Positions 28,505 through 37,785 of a DNA stretch of 64,000 nucleotides are shown one piece after another. A program made the translations under genes and the position numbers. The DNA comes from Thermoplasmata archaeon (lineage in GTDB: Archaea; Thermoplasmatota; Thermoplasmata; Lutacidiplasmatales; UBA184): assembly GCA_035502455.1 (NCBI GenBank), contig DATJUI010000019.1, forward strand, positions 13,378 through 77,377. Reading direction: 5' to 3'. How positions within the stretch are numbered: the first letter of the stretch is position 1; each line of letters starts with the position of its first letter. Below the pieces are notes generated by a model. It was given only the letters and a program-made list of their open reading frames with translations, was not told the DNA's origin and made no database searches.

Positions 28505-30787
28505 GTGCCGAACCCGGACCGGGCCCGTCGACCGCCCGCCTCGGCCGAGGGCGTGGCGGTCGCCGCGACGGCGATCGATCCCGCGTGGCGCGCCGTCCTC
28601 GAGAAGGAGGGCATCACGCGGCTCTACCCGCCGCAGGCGGAGGCGGTCGGACCCGTGCTGGCCGGGGAGAGCCTCGTCCTCGCCTGCCCGACCGCGAGCG
28701 GGAAGTCGCTCGTCGCCTACCTCGCGCTCCTGCGGGCCGCGCGCGAGGGCCGTACCGGCCTCTACATGGTCCCGCTGCGGGCGCTCGCCCACGAGAAGGC
28801 CGAGGAGCTCGAGCGGTTCGCGGAGGTCGGCCTCACGGTCGGGATCTCGATCGGGGACTACGACCTGCCCAACGAGCGGTTGGAGCGGCTCGACGCGCTC
28901 GTCGCGACGAGCGAGAAGGCCGACGGGCTGCTCCGCCGCCGCAGCCCGTGGCTGGACCGGCTCGGCGTCGTCGTCGCCGACGAGGTCCACCTGATGCGCG
29001 ATCCGGACCGGGGGCCGACGCTCGAGGTCACGCTGACCCGCCTGCGCCGGGCGTACCCCGACCTTCAGATCGTGGCGCTGTCGGCGACCGTCGGGAACTC
29101 GGAGGACGTCGCCGAGTGGCTGGGCGCCCGGCACGTGAAGAGCGAGTTCCGGCCCGTCCCGCTCAAGCTCGGGGTGTACTTCGACGGGCGGGTGACGTTC
29201 ACCGACCTCTCGACGCGTCCGATCGCCGGTCCCGGCGAGGCCGTGCCGCGGCTGGTCCGCAGCGTCGTCCAGGAGGGCGGCCAGGCGCTCGTCTTCGTCA
29301 ACAGCCGGCGCGCGAGCGAGCAGCTCGCGGAGGCGCTCGGCGCGACGGTGCGACCGCTGCTCGACCCCGAGGCCCGCGCCCGCGTGAAGGCCGCCGCCGA
29401 CGAGCTCGCGACGGTCTCGGACGAGGAGACCGAGGGGATCCGGCGGCTGTCGGGACTGCTCCCGAGCGGGGTCGCCTTCCACAACGCGTCGCTCACGAAC
29501 CCGGAGCGCCGCGTCGTGGAACGCGCGTTCCGCGACCGGGGGCTGAAGGCGCTCGTCGCGACGCCGACCCTCGCCGCCGGGATCAATCTGCCGGCCCGGC
29601 GGGTCATCGTGCGGGATACCTCGCGCTACGACGACGCGCTCGGGCTGCAGGCGCCGATCCCGGCGCTCGAGGTCCACCAGATGCTGGGACGTGCCGGCCG
29701 GCCCCGGTTCGACACGGTCGGCGAGGCGCTGCTGATCGCCCGGACCGAGGACGACGAGGAGCGGCTCATGGACGGCTATCTGTCGGCGCCGCCGGAACCG
29801 ATCGAGAGCCGACTGGCAGCCGATCCCGCGCTGCGGATGCACGTCCTCGCGCTCGTGGCGAGCGGGGCCGTCGCGACCGAGGCCGAGCTCGCGTCGTTCT
29901 TCGCGTCGACGTTCTACGGCCACACCCTGCGGGCCGAGGAGCTCGACCCCCGGATCGCGCGCGTCCGCCGGTTCCTCGAGGCGCACGAGCTGCTCGAGCG
30001 CGGCCCGCAGCTGCGCGCGACGCGGTTCGGGGCGCTCACGAGCGAGCTGTACCTCGACCCGACGAGCGCGATCGTCCTCCGCCAGGTGCTCGAGCGGGCA
30101 CCGATCGGGGTCGGACCGTTCCCGCTCCTCGCCGCCATCGCCGCGACGCCGGACCTCCCGTCGCTGTTCCTCCGGCGGGGCGAGGAGTCCGACCTCCTCG
30201 CCCGCTACACCGACGAGGCGGAGGAGCTGCTCGTGAAGCCCGAGGAGCCGCCGATGGAGCTCGACTTGGACGGGTTCCTCGCGACGCTCAAGACGGCCTC
30301 GGTGCTCGAGGCGTGGATCGCCGAAACCCCGATCCTCGAGATCACCGGCCGCTTCCAGCTCGGGGCGGGCGATCTGCGGACGAAGGTCGAGGACGCGGAT
30401 TGGCTGCTGTTCGCCGCCGGCCGGCTCGCCCACGCGTTCCATCGGCGGCTCGCCCGGCCGTTCGACGACCTCGCGCTGCGCGTCCGCTACGGGGTCACCG
30501 AGGAGCTGCTCGACCTCGTCCGTCTCCGGGGGATCGGACGCGTGCGGGCGCGCATGCTCTACCGGGCCGGCTTTCCCGACCGCGAGGCGCTGCGGCAGGC
30601 ACCGTTCGCCCGGATCGAGCAGGCGTTGCGCTCGTCGGCCCTCGCCGAGATGGTCACGCGACAGTTGGGCCGCACCCGGACGGCCCGGGCGGATCCGCCG
30701 GCTCCCGACCGGCCCCCGTCCACCCCGGGTCCGGTCCGCCGGAGCGGACGCACGCTCGAGGAGTACCCCACGGACCCGGAGCCGTGA
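28505..30787 (+). CDS. hel308: ATP-dependent DNA helicase Hel308 (Ski2-like)
   Basis: 760 aa; Walker A PTASGKS, DEVH box, helicase C, and Hel308-type winged helix/ratchet/HhH C-terminal domains. Confidence 0.9.
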   Translation: MPNPDRARRPPASAEGVAVAATAIDPAWRAVLEKEGITRLYPPQAEAVGPVLAGESLVLACPTASGKSLVAYLALLRAAREGRTGLYMVPLRALAHEKAEELERFAEVGLTVGISIGDYDLPNERLERLDALVATSEKADGLLRRRSPWLDRLGVVVADEVHLMRDPDRGPTLEVTLTRLRRAYPDLQIVALSATVGNSEDVAEWLGARHVKSEFRPVPLKLGVYFDGRVTFTDLSTRPIAGPGEAVPRLVRSVVQEGGQALVFVNSRRASEQLAEALGATVRPLLDPEARARVKAAADELATVSDEETEGIRRLSGLLPSGVAFHNASLTNPERRVVERAFRDRGLKALVATPTLAAGINLPARRVIVRDTSRYDDALGLQAPIPALEVHQMLGRAGRPRFDTVGEALLIARTEDDEERLMDGYLSAPPEPIESRLAADPALRMHVLALVASGAVATEAELASFFASTFYGHTLRAEELDPRIARVRRFLEAHELLERGPQLRATRFGALTSELYLDPTSAIVLRQVLERAPIGVGPFPLLAAIAATPDLPSLFLRRGEESDLLARYTDEAEELLVKPEEPPMELDLDGFLATLKTASVLEAWIAETPILEITGRFQLGAGDLRTKVEDADWLLFAAGRLAHAFHRRLARPFDDLALRVRYGVTEELLDLVRLRGIGRVRARMLYRAGFPDREALRQAPFARIEQALRSSALAEMVTRQLGRTRTARADPPAPDRPPSTPGPVRRSGRTLEEYPTDPEP

Positions 30788-31859
30788 CCCACTCCTCGAT
30801 CGGCTGGAGCAGACGGACGACCGAGAGCGTCCCGCCGGTTCCGCCGGGCCGCACCTCGCGCCGCACGTAGCCGGCCCGCTCGAGCGCCACGATCCGGCGC
30901 CAGAGCGTCGTCGCGGGCAGCGGCCGACGCCCGAGCTCGCGGGCCAGCCGCGCCTCCAACTGCTTCACGTCGGCGAGACGGGCGCGGTCCGCGCGGGTCG
31001 CGTCCCCGATCGCCCGCACCACGTGGGTCTCGATCGAGACCGCGAACGGCGTCGGGCGCGGGAATCTCGGGTCCGCGCGGGCCGCGGCGCCCACCAGCCG
31101 CCGGCGCACGAGATCGATCGCGCGGGTCGCGCCTCCCCCGTCCTCGAGGCTGCGGGCGACCGCGTTCGCCACCCAGTCGTCCGGCGGGGGGCCGCCGATC
31201 GCGCGCTGGAACCGATCGCGCACGATCGCGGTCAGCATCGCCTCGTCGTACGGGCGCAGCGAGACGAACGGGCGGACGGGGAACGGGGGATGGACCGCGC
31301 GCTCCGCCGCGCCCAGCCCCTCGGGGGTCCCGGCGAGGACGACCCACGTCGGCGGCAGGCCGAACTCCCCCTCGGGCAGAAATCGGTCGGGCGCGCCGAG
31401 CGCCCGCAGCAGCGGCCCGAGATCCGGCCCTCCGACCTGCACGTCGTCGAGCACGAGGACGGTCGGCCGCCGCTCGCGGCGGACCCGGCGCAGGAATCCC
31501 GCGAGGATCTCGTTGACCGGAAATCCGTGGCCGGCGAACCCTTCGTCCAGCCGCTGCAGGAGCGCCGTGGCCACGCCGTGCGCCCCGCGCAGTCGCGCGG
31601 TGCGGAGGGCGAGGGTGCGGGGCGGTGCGTCCGGTCCGGCCGCGCGGATGCGCTCGACGGTCTCGCGCGCCGCCCGCCGGGCGAGGGCGGACGTGCCCGA
31701 CCCGCTCGGACCGGCGACGGCCACGGCCCACGGCGGTGGGGCGCAGGGTCGGGGCGCGTCGAGCCGTCGGACCGTCTCGGCGAGCTCCCGGGCGCGGCCG
31801 GGCAGCACCGGCGGAAGCCAGTCGTGGGCGAGCACCTCGGGATGCGCGGAGGTTTCCAT
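30654..31859 (-). CDS. Orc1/Cdc6-like AAA+ protein with C-terminal winged helix; degenerate Walker A
   Basis: 401 aa; P-loop-like GPSGSGTS lacks the conserved Lys; Walker B VLVLDDV; C-terminal wH (TLWRRIVALERAGYVRR); overlaps hel308 3' end by 134 nt. Confidence 0.4.
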   Translation of the reverse strand: METSAHPEVLAHDWLPPVLPGRARELAETVRRLDAPRPCAPPPWAVAVAGPSGSGTSALARRAARETVERIRAAGPDAPPRTLALRTARLRGAHGVATALLQRLDEGFAGHGFPVNEILAGFLRRVRRERRPTVLVLDDVQVGGPDLGPLLRALGAPDRFLPEGEFGLPPTWVVLAGTPEGLGAAERAVHPPFPVRPFVSLRPYDEAMLTAIVRDRFQRAIGGPPPDDWVANAVARSLEDGGGATRAIDLVRRRLVGAAARADPRFPRPTPFAVSIETHVVRAIGDATRADRARLADVKQLEARLARELGRRPLPATTLWRRIVALERAGYVRREVRPGGTGGTLSVVRLLQPIEEWVTAPGPWGTPRACVRSGGPDPGWTGAGREPADPPGPSGCGPTVA

Positions 31860-31952
31860 GGGACGATGTATATCTTCGATGTATAAGAATTCTTATGACT
31901 CGCCCGGACGGTCGGTGAAAGTTGCTATCTGCCGTCGCCGCTCGGCTCGACG

Positions 31953-32891
31953 ATGGCCGAGAGCCCGACCTCGACCGGTCGTCCGCTGCGGTGGCTCGCG
32001 GCGAAGCTCGTCGCCACGACCCTGGCGGCCGGTGCCATCTACGTCTTCTTCACGATCTTCAACCACCGGTTCCTCGGTTCGTTCACCGAACCCGAGATCC
32101 TGCTGCTGGAAGCGGTGGCGGTGATCGTCATCGCCTACGCGATCGCGCGCTCGGTCACCACCGCCTCGTCGGAGATCCTCGCCCGGCGAGGGCTCCTCAG
32201 CCACGGGCACGTCGTCCGGCTGTTCGCGAACCTGGTGATCGCGATCGTCGCGGTCGTCGCGCTGTTCAACCTGGCGGGGGTCCCGGCGGAGTCGATCTTC
32301 CTCGGAAGTGCCCTCGCGGGCATCGTCCTCGGCCTGGCCGCGCAGACCGTGCTCTCGAACGTCTTCGCCGGCCTCCTGCTCGTCTTCGCCGACCCGTTCC
32401 GCCCGGGGGACCGGGTCAGCTTCGTCTCGTCGTCGTACCCCGTGATCTGGCCGACGTATCCGCACGAGATCACGACCCCCGCGTACTCGGGGACGATCGA
32501 GGACGTCGGCCTCGTCTACACCGTCCTGCGCCTCGATTCGGGGCTCCAGGCGCGGCTCCCCAACGCGGTCGTGCTCGGCTCGCTGGTCCTCCAGCCCCGC
32601 TCGCCGGCCGGGACCGTCCACCGGGTCCGGGTCACGGTGCCGATCGCCGTCTCCACGACGGTGATCGAGGGGGCGCTGCCCGAGATCCAGCGGGCGTTCC
32701 CGAAGCCGAGCCCCCTCGATCCGGCGGCGCGCTTCGAGGTCGCGGACGTGACGCCGGCGTCGTGGGACGGGGTGTTCGTCCTGACGGCGACCGAAGTGCA
32801 GGACGGACGCGTGCGCGACGGCGTCCTGCGCATCGTGCTGCCCCGCATCGCCGCGGCGCTGAGGAGCCCCGGCGCGCCCGCCACTCCTTAA
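31953..32891 (+). CDS. mechanosensitive ion channel (MscS family)
   Basis: 312 aa; three N-terminal TM helices then the MscS beta domain (VGLVYTVLRLDSG...RLPNAVVL). Confidence 0.8.
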   Translation: MAESPTSTGRPLRWLAAKLVATTLAAGAIYVFFTIFNHRFLGSFTEPEILLLEAVAVIVIAYAIARSVTTASSEILARRGLLSHGHVVRLFANLVIAIVAVVALFNLAGVPAESIFLGSALAGIVLGLAAQTVLSNVFAGLLLVFADPFRPGDRVSFVSSSYPVIWPTYPHEITTPAYSGTIEDVGLVYTVLRLDSGLQARLPNAVVLGSLVLQPRSPAGTVHRVRVTVPIAVSTTVIEGALPEIQRAFPKPSPLDPAARFEVADVTPASWDGVFVLTATEVQDGRVRDGVLRIVLPRIAAALRSPGAPATP

Positions 32892-32931
32892 ATCGGCCCG
32901 ACGCTCGGCGGCAGGGCAGCGGGGATCGTCG

Positions 32932-34041
32932 ATGAGCTATCGGGTGACGCTGATCCCGGGCGACGGGATCGGCCCGGAGGTGACGGACGCCGCCCGCGCG
33001 GTCGCGGCCGCGACGGGGGTCGCGATCGACTGGGAGGTCGTGGAGGCCGGCGAGCGCGCGATCGCCGCGAGCGGCACCCCGCTCCCGGACGCCGTGCTCG
33101 ACTCCGTGCGTCGCAATCGCGTCGCGCTCAAGGGCCCCATCACGACGCCGATCGGCAGCGGGTTCCGCTCCGTCAACGTCGCGCTCCGCCAGCAGCTCGA
33201 TCTCTACGCCTCGGTCCGCCCCGCCCGGGCGATCGCCGGCGAGGGGACCCGCTTTCCCGAGACGAACCTCGTCGTGGTCCGGGAGGCGACCGAGGGCCTC
33301 TACTCCGGCGTCGAGCACTGGGTCGATCGGGACCACACCGCGGCCGAGACGGTGAACGTGATCACCCGCAAGGCGTCGGACCGGATCATCCGGTTCGCGT
33401 TCGAGCTCGCCCGACGCGACCACCGCCGCCACGTGACGGCGGTCCACAAGGCGAACATCATGAAGACGACCGGCGCGCTGTTCCAGACGGCGTTCCGGGA
33501 GCTCGCGCCGAAGTATCCCGATATCCTCGCGGACGAGCGCCTGATCGACAACATGTGCATGCAGCTCGTGAAGAAGCCCGAGGAGTACGACGTCCTCGTC
33601 ACGACGAACCTGTTCGGCGACATCCTCTCCGACCTCTGCGCGGGCCTCGCGGGCGGCCTCGGGGTCGCGCCCGGGGCGCTCTACGGGGAGGGGCTCGCCG
33701 TGTTCGAGCCGGTCCACGGCTCCGCGCCGAAGTACGCGGGCCAGGACAAGGCGGACCCGGTGGCGGAGATCCTCTGCCTCGAGCTCCTGCTCCGCCATCT
33801 CGGGGAGCGGGCGGCCGCCGACCGCGTGTTCCGCGCCGTCTGGGAGACGATCCAGGAGAAGAAGGTCGTGACCTACGACCTCGCCCTGCCGGGCTACACC
33901 CAGCGGCCGGTCCCTCCGTCGTCGTGCAGCGCGATGGCCCGGGAGATCGCCCGCAAGGTCCCGCTCGTCGACCTCTCGACCCCGCTGCCGGCGCCGCCCG
34001 TGCACGAGGCCGGCCGGATCGACTCGCAGCTCGTCAGCTGA
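32932..34041 (+). CDS. isocitrate/isopropylmalate dehydrogenase-family enzyme (probably NAD(P)-isocitrate dehydrogenase)
   Basis: 369 aa; IPGDGIGPEV, LKGPITTPIGSGFRSVNVALRQQLDLYASVRPAR, KANIMKTTGALF motifs; cttaaatc TATA-like element about 45 nt upstream. Confidence 0.85.
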   Translation: MSYRVTLIPGDGIGPEVTDAARAVAAATGVAIDWEVVEAGERAIAASGTPLPDAVLDSVRRNRVALKGPITTPIGSGFRSVNVALRQQLDLYASVRPARAIAGEGTRFPETNLVVVREATEGLYSGVEHWVDRDHTAAETVNVITRKASDRIIRFAFELARRDHRRHVTAVHKANIMKTTGALFQTAFRELAPKYPDILADERLIDNMCMQLVKKPEEYDVLVTTNLFGDILSDLCAGLAGGLGVAPGALYGEGLAVFEPVHGSAPKYAGQDKADPVAEILCLELLLRHLGERAAADRVFRAVWETIQEKKVVTYDLALPGYTQRPVPPSSCSAMAREIARKVPLVDLSTPLPAPPVHEAGRIDSQLVS

Positions 34042-34096
34042 TCCGCTACGGCTCCGGGCGTACCCTTAAGGCTCGGCGGCCTCGCTCCCCTCGGCC

Positions 34097-34648
34097 GTGT
34101 CGAGCCCCCGACCCGTACGGATCGCCCGCCCCGCGCCGACGACCGAGGCGCGGCCGCGGCGCGCGCGCCGTCGGGCCGACCCCGAGTCGGACGCACCCGG
34201 TTGGCGGCCGAACACCGCCGGCTCGCAACGGGCGGTGCACCTCGCGGAGCTGTTCGTCGGCGCGATCGTGGTGCTGTACGCGGTCCTCGCGGTGCTCGAC
34301 CGCACCGGGCCGGACGGCTCGACCCCGGGGGCCACGGTCGGCCTCCTGATCTTCACCTTTCTCGCGGTCGTCCTCGGTCTCTGCGGCGTCGTCTTCGCGC
34401 TCAGCCAGGCGCCGCGCGGCGTGGAGGTGACGGCGGACGCGACGGTCGTCGTCGGGCGGTTCGGACGGCGGACGGAGTACCCGCCGCTCGCGCGGCTCAA
34501 GGCGAGGGAGGTCCGTCGGTTCGCCCCCGGGATCCTCGCCCGCGCCCCGGTGCTGCTCGTCGAGCTTCGGACCGCGAGCGGCCGCCCTTCGAACGTCCTG
34601 CTCGAGGACGGCCTGATCCCGGTCGCGGGTCGCCCGTCCGACGACTGA
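34097..34648 (+). CDS. hypothetical membrane protein
   Basis: Two predicted TM helices (VGAIVVLYAVLAVL; LLIFTFLAVVLGLCGVVFAL) then a soluble domain. Confidence 0.45.
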   Translation: MSSPRPVRIARPAPTTEARPRRARRRADPESDAPGWRPNTAGSQRAVHLAELFVGAIVVLYAVLAVLDRTGPDGSTPGATVGLLIFTFLAVVLGLCGVVFALSQAPRGVEVTADATVVVGRFGRRTEYPPLARLKAREVRRFAPGILARAPVLLVELRTASGRPSNVLLEDGLIPVAGRPSDD

Positions 34649-34654
34649 ACGGCG

Positions 34655-35060
34655 CTATTCGAGCAGGTCCTCGAGCTCGCTCGCCACGAGGGTGAGCAGC
34701 TGGTCGAGCGACCGGTTCTTGAGCTCGGTGATGTGGCCGACGTCCGTCTCGAGGCGCGCGAGGAAGTCCTCCCCGTCGCGGACGAACGACAGGGAGAGCA
34801 CGTGACGCCGTCCGTCCGGCGACGGGACCTCGAGGGCCGCGGTCGGGGCCTTCGGCGCCGCACTCGCCTTCGCGGCCGGGGGCGTCCGGCCCTTCGGCGC
34901 CGCCTTCGCGGTGACCTTCGGGGCCGGCTTGCCCCCGCGCGAACCGGCCGTCGGTCGCGCGGCGGGCACTGCCCGGCGCGACGCCGCAGGTCGCTTCGAC
35001 GCGGGCTTCGCCTTCGGCTTCTGACGGTGGGAGCTCGGCAACCGGGTCGCCTCGAGTCGG
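34655..35060 (-). CDS. small Lys/Ala/Pro-rich protein with conserved C-terminal domain; leaderless, TTG start inferred
   Basis: Minus-strand frame ...SSHRQKPKAKPASKRPAASRRAVPAARPTAGSRGGKPAPKVTAKAAPKGRTPPAAKASAAPKAPTAALEVPSPDGRRHVLSLSFVRDGEDFLARLETDVGHITELKNRSLDQLLTLVASELEDLLE; a perfect TATA box lies about 20-25 nt upstream of the TTG. Confidence 0.45.
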
Positions 35061-35070
35061 GCGCACCAAG

Positions 35071-35086
35071 CCCCCCTATTTATGCG
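35071..35086 (-). promoter_or_regulatory. archaeal TATA box (minus strand reads gcataaataggggg)
   Basis: Isolated A/T octamer ataaatag in GC-rich intergenic DNA, positioned for a leaderless transcript of the 34655-35060 gene. Confidence 0.4.
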
Positions 35087-35170
35087 TTCGCGGGGCGACG
35101 GCGCGCCCGAGCGGCCCGCGCGGGTCCGGGCGCACGCCTTTAGCCCGAACGCCCCCCTACCGCTCCGCGC

Positions 35171-37009
35171 ATGGGCGCCGCGAGCCGACCGCCCCAGGGG
35201 GCCCGACCCGCCGCGCCGGAGGCGATCCGCCCCGAGATCCTGCTGCTCCTCGCCGGGCTGTCGCTGCTGCTCGTCTTCCTCGCGCTCGAGCCGTACCTGT
35301 CGTACGCCGTGTTCGGTTCGGACTCGGGCGAGTACTACCGGCTCACGGCGACGCTGTTGTCGACGGGCACGCTCCCCCACGGGGCGGCGTACGGCGGGTG
35401 GGGCACCGCGTACCCCGACTTCCCCGGCATCTACCTGCTCGCCGGCGCGAGCGCGGGGGCGCTCGGCATCGGGGCGTTCGACGCGCTCACCGTCGTCGTC
35501 CCGGTCGTCGCCGTCCTCTCGGTGTTCCCGCTGTTCCTCCTGTTCCGCCGGCTCTATCCCCACGACACCGTCGCGCTGCTCGCCGCCGCGATCGCATCGA
35601 TCGCCATGCCGCGCCTCTTCTCGATCGCCCACCCGGCGCCGCTCGCGCTGGGCGACTTCCTGTGCGTGGCCTCCCTCTGGATGCTCGTCGAGAGCCGACG
35701 GGACGTGCGGTGGCTGGTCCCGCTGTCGCTCACGGGCGGGGCGTTGATCGTCACGCACCACCTCTCCTCGTACTTCTTCGTCGTGAGCGCCCTCGGCGGC
35801 CTCTTCTTCCTCGAGATGTGGCGGCCGGGGCTCTGGAGTCGCCGCTTCCCGACGCGGGAGCTCGCGTGGCTCGGCGGGTTCGTCACGGCGACCTTCGTCT
35901 TCTGGTTCTACGGGACGACCTCGTTCGTCACCAAGGTGATCCTCGAGGGGCTGCCGTACCCGTCGTACGTCGGGTTCGTCGGATTCGAGGCGATCGCCCT
36001 CGGGGTGATCGGCGCGGCCGCCCTGCTGATCCGCTGGCGGCGCGCCCGGTACCGCCCGCGACCCGCGCGCGTGCGGCTGCCGACCGACCGCAGCCTGGTC
36101 CGGGACCTCACGGCGATCGCCGTCGTCGTCTTCGTGCTCGTCGGGGTGATCGTCTTCGTCCCGATCCCCGGCACGACGCAGACCACGACGCCCGCGACGA
36201 TCCTGTGGTTCGCCCCGCTCCTCGCGCTCGGCGTCTTCGCCGCCGGGAGCCGCCGGACGCCCTCGGTCGCGCGCCTGGGGCCGTTCGCCCTCACCTGGCT
36301 GGGGGGTCTCGGCCTGTCGGCCGGCCTCATGCTCGCCCTCTCGGCCATCGCCGGGACGGGCGGTCAGTACGAGACGCTCGCGAGCTTCGCGTCGACCCTC
36401 TCCCCCGAGCGGACGGTCGAGTACCTGTTCCTGCCCCTCGGCCTCCTGTTCGCGATCGGCCTCGCCCGCCTCGTCACCCGGGCCGGCGACGCGGGCGGAC
36501 GCCGCGCGTTCGTCGCGGCGGCGACCGGGGTCGTGGTGCTGCTCGCGGTGAACGCCGCGATCGTCTACCCGCCGCAAGCCCAGTTCGGCGGCTTCGAGGA
36601 GGGGCTCACCCGCGGCGACGCGGCGCTGTGGATGTGGGTCGGGATCGCGGCCCCGACGACCTGGGTCGTCGCGAGCGACCACCGGCTGAGCTCCATGGTG
36701 TTCGGCTTCGACGGCAATCCGGCCACGTGGGTCACGACCCCCGCGCTGTTCACCGGCACGAACGCCTCGCAGGCGTACGCCGAATTACGGAGCGTCGGGG
36801 CGCCCAACCCGGCCGACCCGCATCCGGTCGACCTCGTAGCGATCGACGCGGTGATGTACACGGGCGTTGCGCTCAACCCGTCGGACGCGGCGCCGCCGCT
36901 CACCGCCCAGGCGATCGCGTGGTTCGGAACGATGCCGTTCGTCCCGCTCTACGAGAGCGGCCTCTACGTCGTCTACCTCGTCGTGGGGCCGGCCGTCCCC
37001 GCGGGATAG
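35171..37009 (+). CDS. large polytopic membrane protein, possible GT-C-type glycosyltransferase or oligosaccharyltransferase-like
   Basis: 612 aa; at least 12 predicted TM helices and a C-terminal soluble domain; adjacent to the GT2/epimerase genes. Confidence 0.55.
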   Translation: MGAASRPPQGARPAAPEAIRPEILLLLAGLSLLLVFLALEPYLSYAVFGSDSGEYYRLTATLLSTGTLPHGAAYGGWGTAYPDFPGIYLLAGASAGALGIGAFDALTVVVPVVAVLSVFPLFLLFRRLYPHDTVALLAAAIASIAMPRLFSIAHPAPLALGDFLCVASLWMLVESRRDVRWLVPLSLTGGALIVTHHLSSYFFVVSALGGLFFLEMWRPGLWSRRFPTRELAWLGGFVTATFVFWFYGTTSFVTKVILEGLPYPSYVGFVGFEAIALGVIGAAALLIRWRRARYRPRPARVRLPTDRSLVRDLTAIAVVVFVLVGVIVFVPIPGTTQTTTPATILWFAPLLALGVFAAGSRRTPSVARLGPFALTWLGGLGLSAGLMLALSAIAGTGGQYETLASFASTLSPERTVEYLFLPLGLLFAIGLARLVTRAGDAGGRRAFVAAATGVVVLLAVNAAIVYPPQAQFGGFEEGLTRGDAALWMWVGIAAPTTWVVASDHRLSSMVFGFDGNPATWVTTPALFTGTNASQAYAELRSVGAPNPADPHPVDLVAIDAVMYTGVALNPSDAAPPLTAQAIAWFGTMPFVPLYESGLYVVYLVVGPAVPAG

Positions 37010-37716
37010 GGGACCATCGACCCGTCGCTCCCCCAGAGCAGCACGGGCGTCGTCCCGTCCCGGGCGAGGACGGCGAGCAGCGCGTTCGCCCATCGGAGCT
37101 TCGCGAGCTTGCGGGCGGCGCGGGCCGGGTCGGCCTCGACGACCCGGTCGAACGCGAAGCCCCAGAGCAGGATGCGGCGGGCGCCGACCTCGTCCGCGAG
37201 GTACGCCGCCCGGTCCCCGTCGGTGAACCCGCCCACGTCGAGGAGGCCCTCGCGCGGCGGGCCCGCCCACGACCCCGCGAGCGCGCCGTCGAACGCCGGG
37301 ACCCACTCCTCGAGCGCCGGCACGTTGTCGCCGTGCGCGTGCACGACGACGAGGCTGCCGTGCCGGTTGGCGGAGATCTCGGCCGGGACCGACCCGTCCA
37401 GGTCCGTCGTGATGACCGACGGGACCAGTCCGGCCCGGACGAGCGCCGCCGTCGCGCCGTCGGCGGCGACGAGCGCGGGCTCGGGCTCGGTCGCCGGGAG
37501 CCGCCACAGCGGCGGCGGGTCGACGCCCGGGGCGTCCCCGACGACGATCGTGTCGCGCCCCCGAAGCCGCTCGGCGACCCGCTCGAGGGCCCGCGCCCGG
37601 GCGGCCGGTGGGAGTAGCTCGACCAGGCGACGGGCGGCGCCCTCCTCGCGGCTCCAGGGGAAGCCGAACTCCGTCCGCAGCCGTTCGTACCACGGAGCCC
37701 ACGCCGCGTAGCGCAC
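36973..37716 (-). CDS. MptE-like 6-hydroxymethyl-7,8-dihydropterin pyrophosphokinase (DUF115)
   Basis: GTG start; VITTDLDG ... [11 protein letters not shown] motifs typical of archaeal MptE; track embeds it in a 705-aa artefact ORF. Confidence 0.65.
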   Translation of the reverse strand: MRYAAWAPWYERLRTEFGFPWSREEGAARRLVELLPPAARARALERVAERLRGRDTIVVGDAPGVDPPPLWRLPATEPEPALVAADGATAALVRAGLVPSVITTDLDGSVPAEISANRHGSLVVVHAHGDNVPALEEWVPAFDGALAGSWAGPPREGLLDVGGFTDGDRAAYLADEVGARRILLWGFAFDRVVEADPARAARKLAKLRWANALLAVLARDGTTPVLLWGSDGSMVPYPAGTAGPTTR

Positions 37717-37741
37717 GGAGGCGGCGACACCGCCGTAACGC

Positions 37742-37750
37742 TTTATAATA
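37742..37750. promoter_or_regulatory. near-palindromic TATA box (tttataata) shared by divergent mptE-like and ftsZ genes; SD-like aggag 10 nt before the ftsZ ATG
   Basis: Sits 26 nt from the mptE GTG (leaderless geometry) and 36 nt from the ftsZ ATG. Confidence 0.4.
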
Positions 37751-37785
37751 GAGTCCCTGCTCCCGCCGTCAGGAGAAGCCCACCG

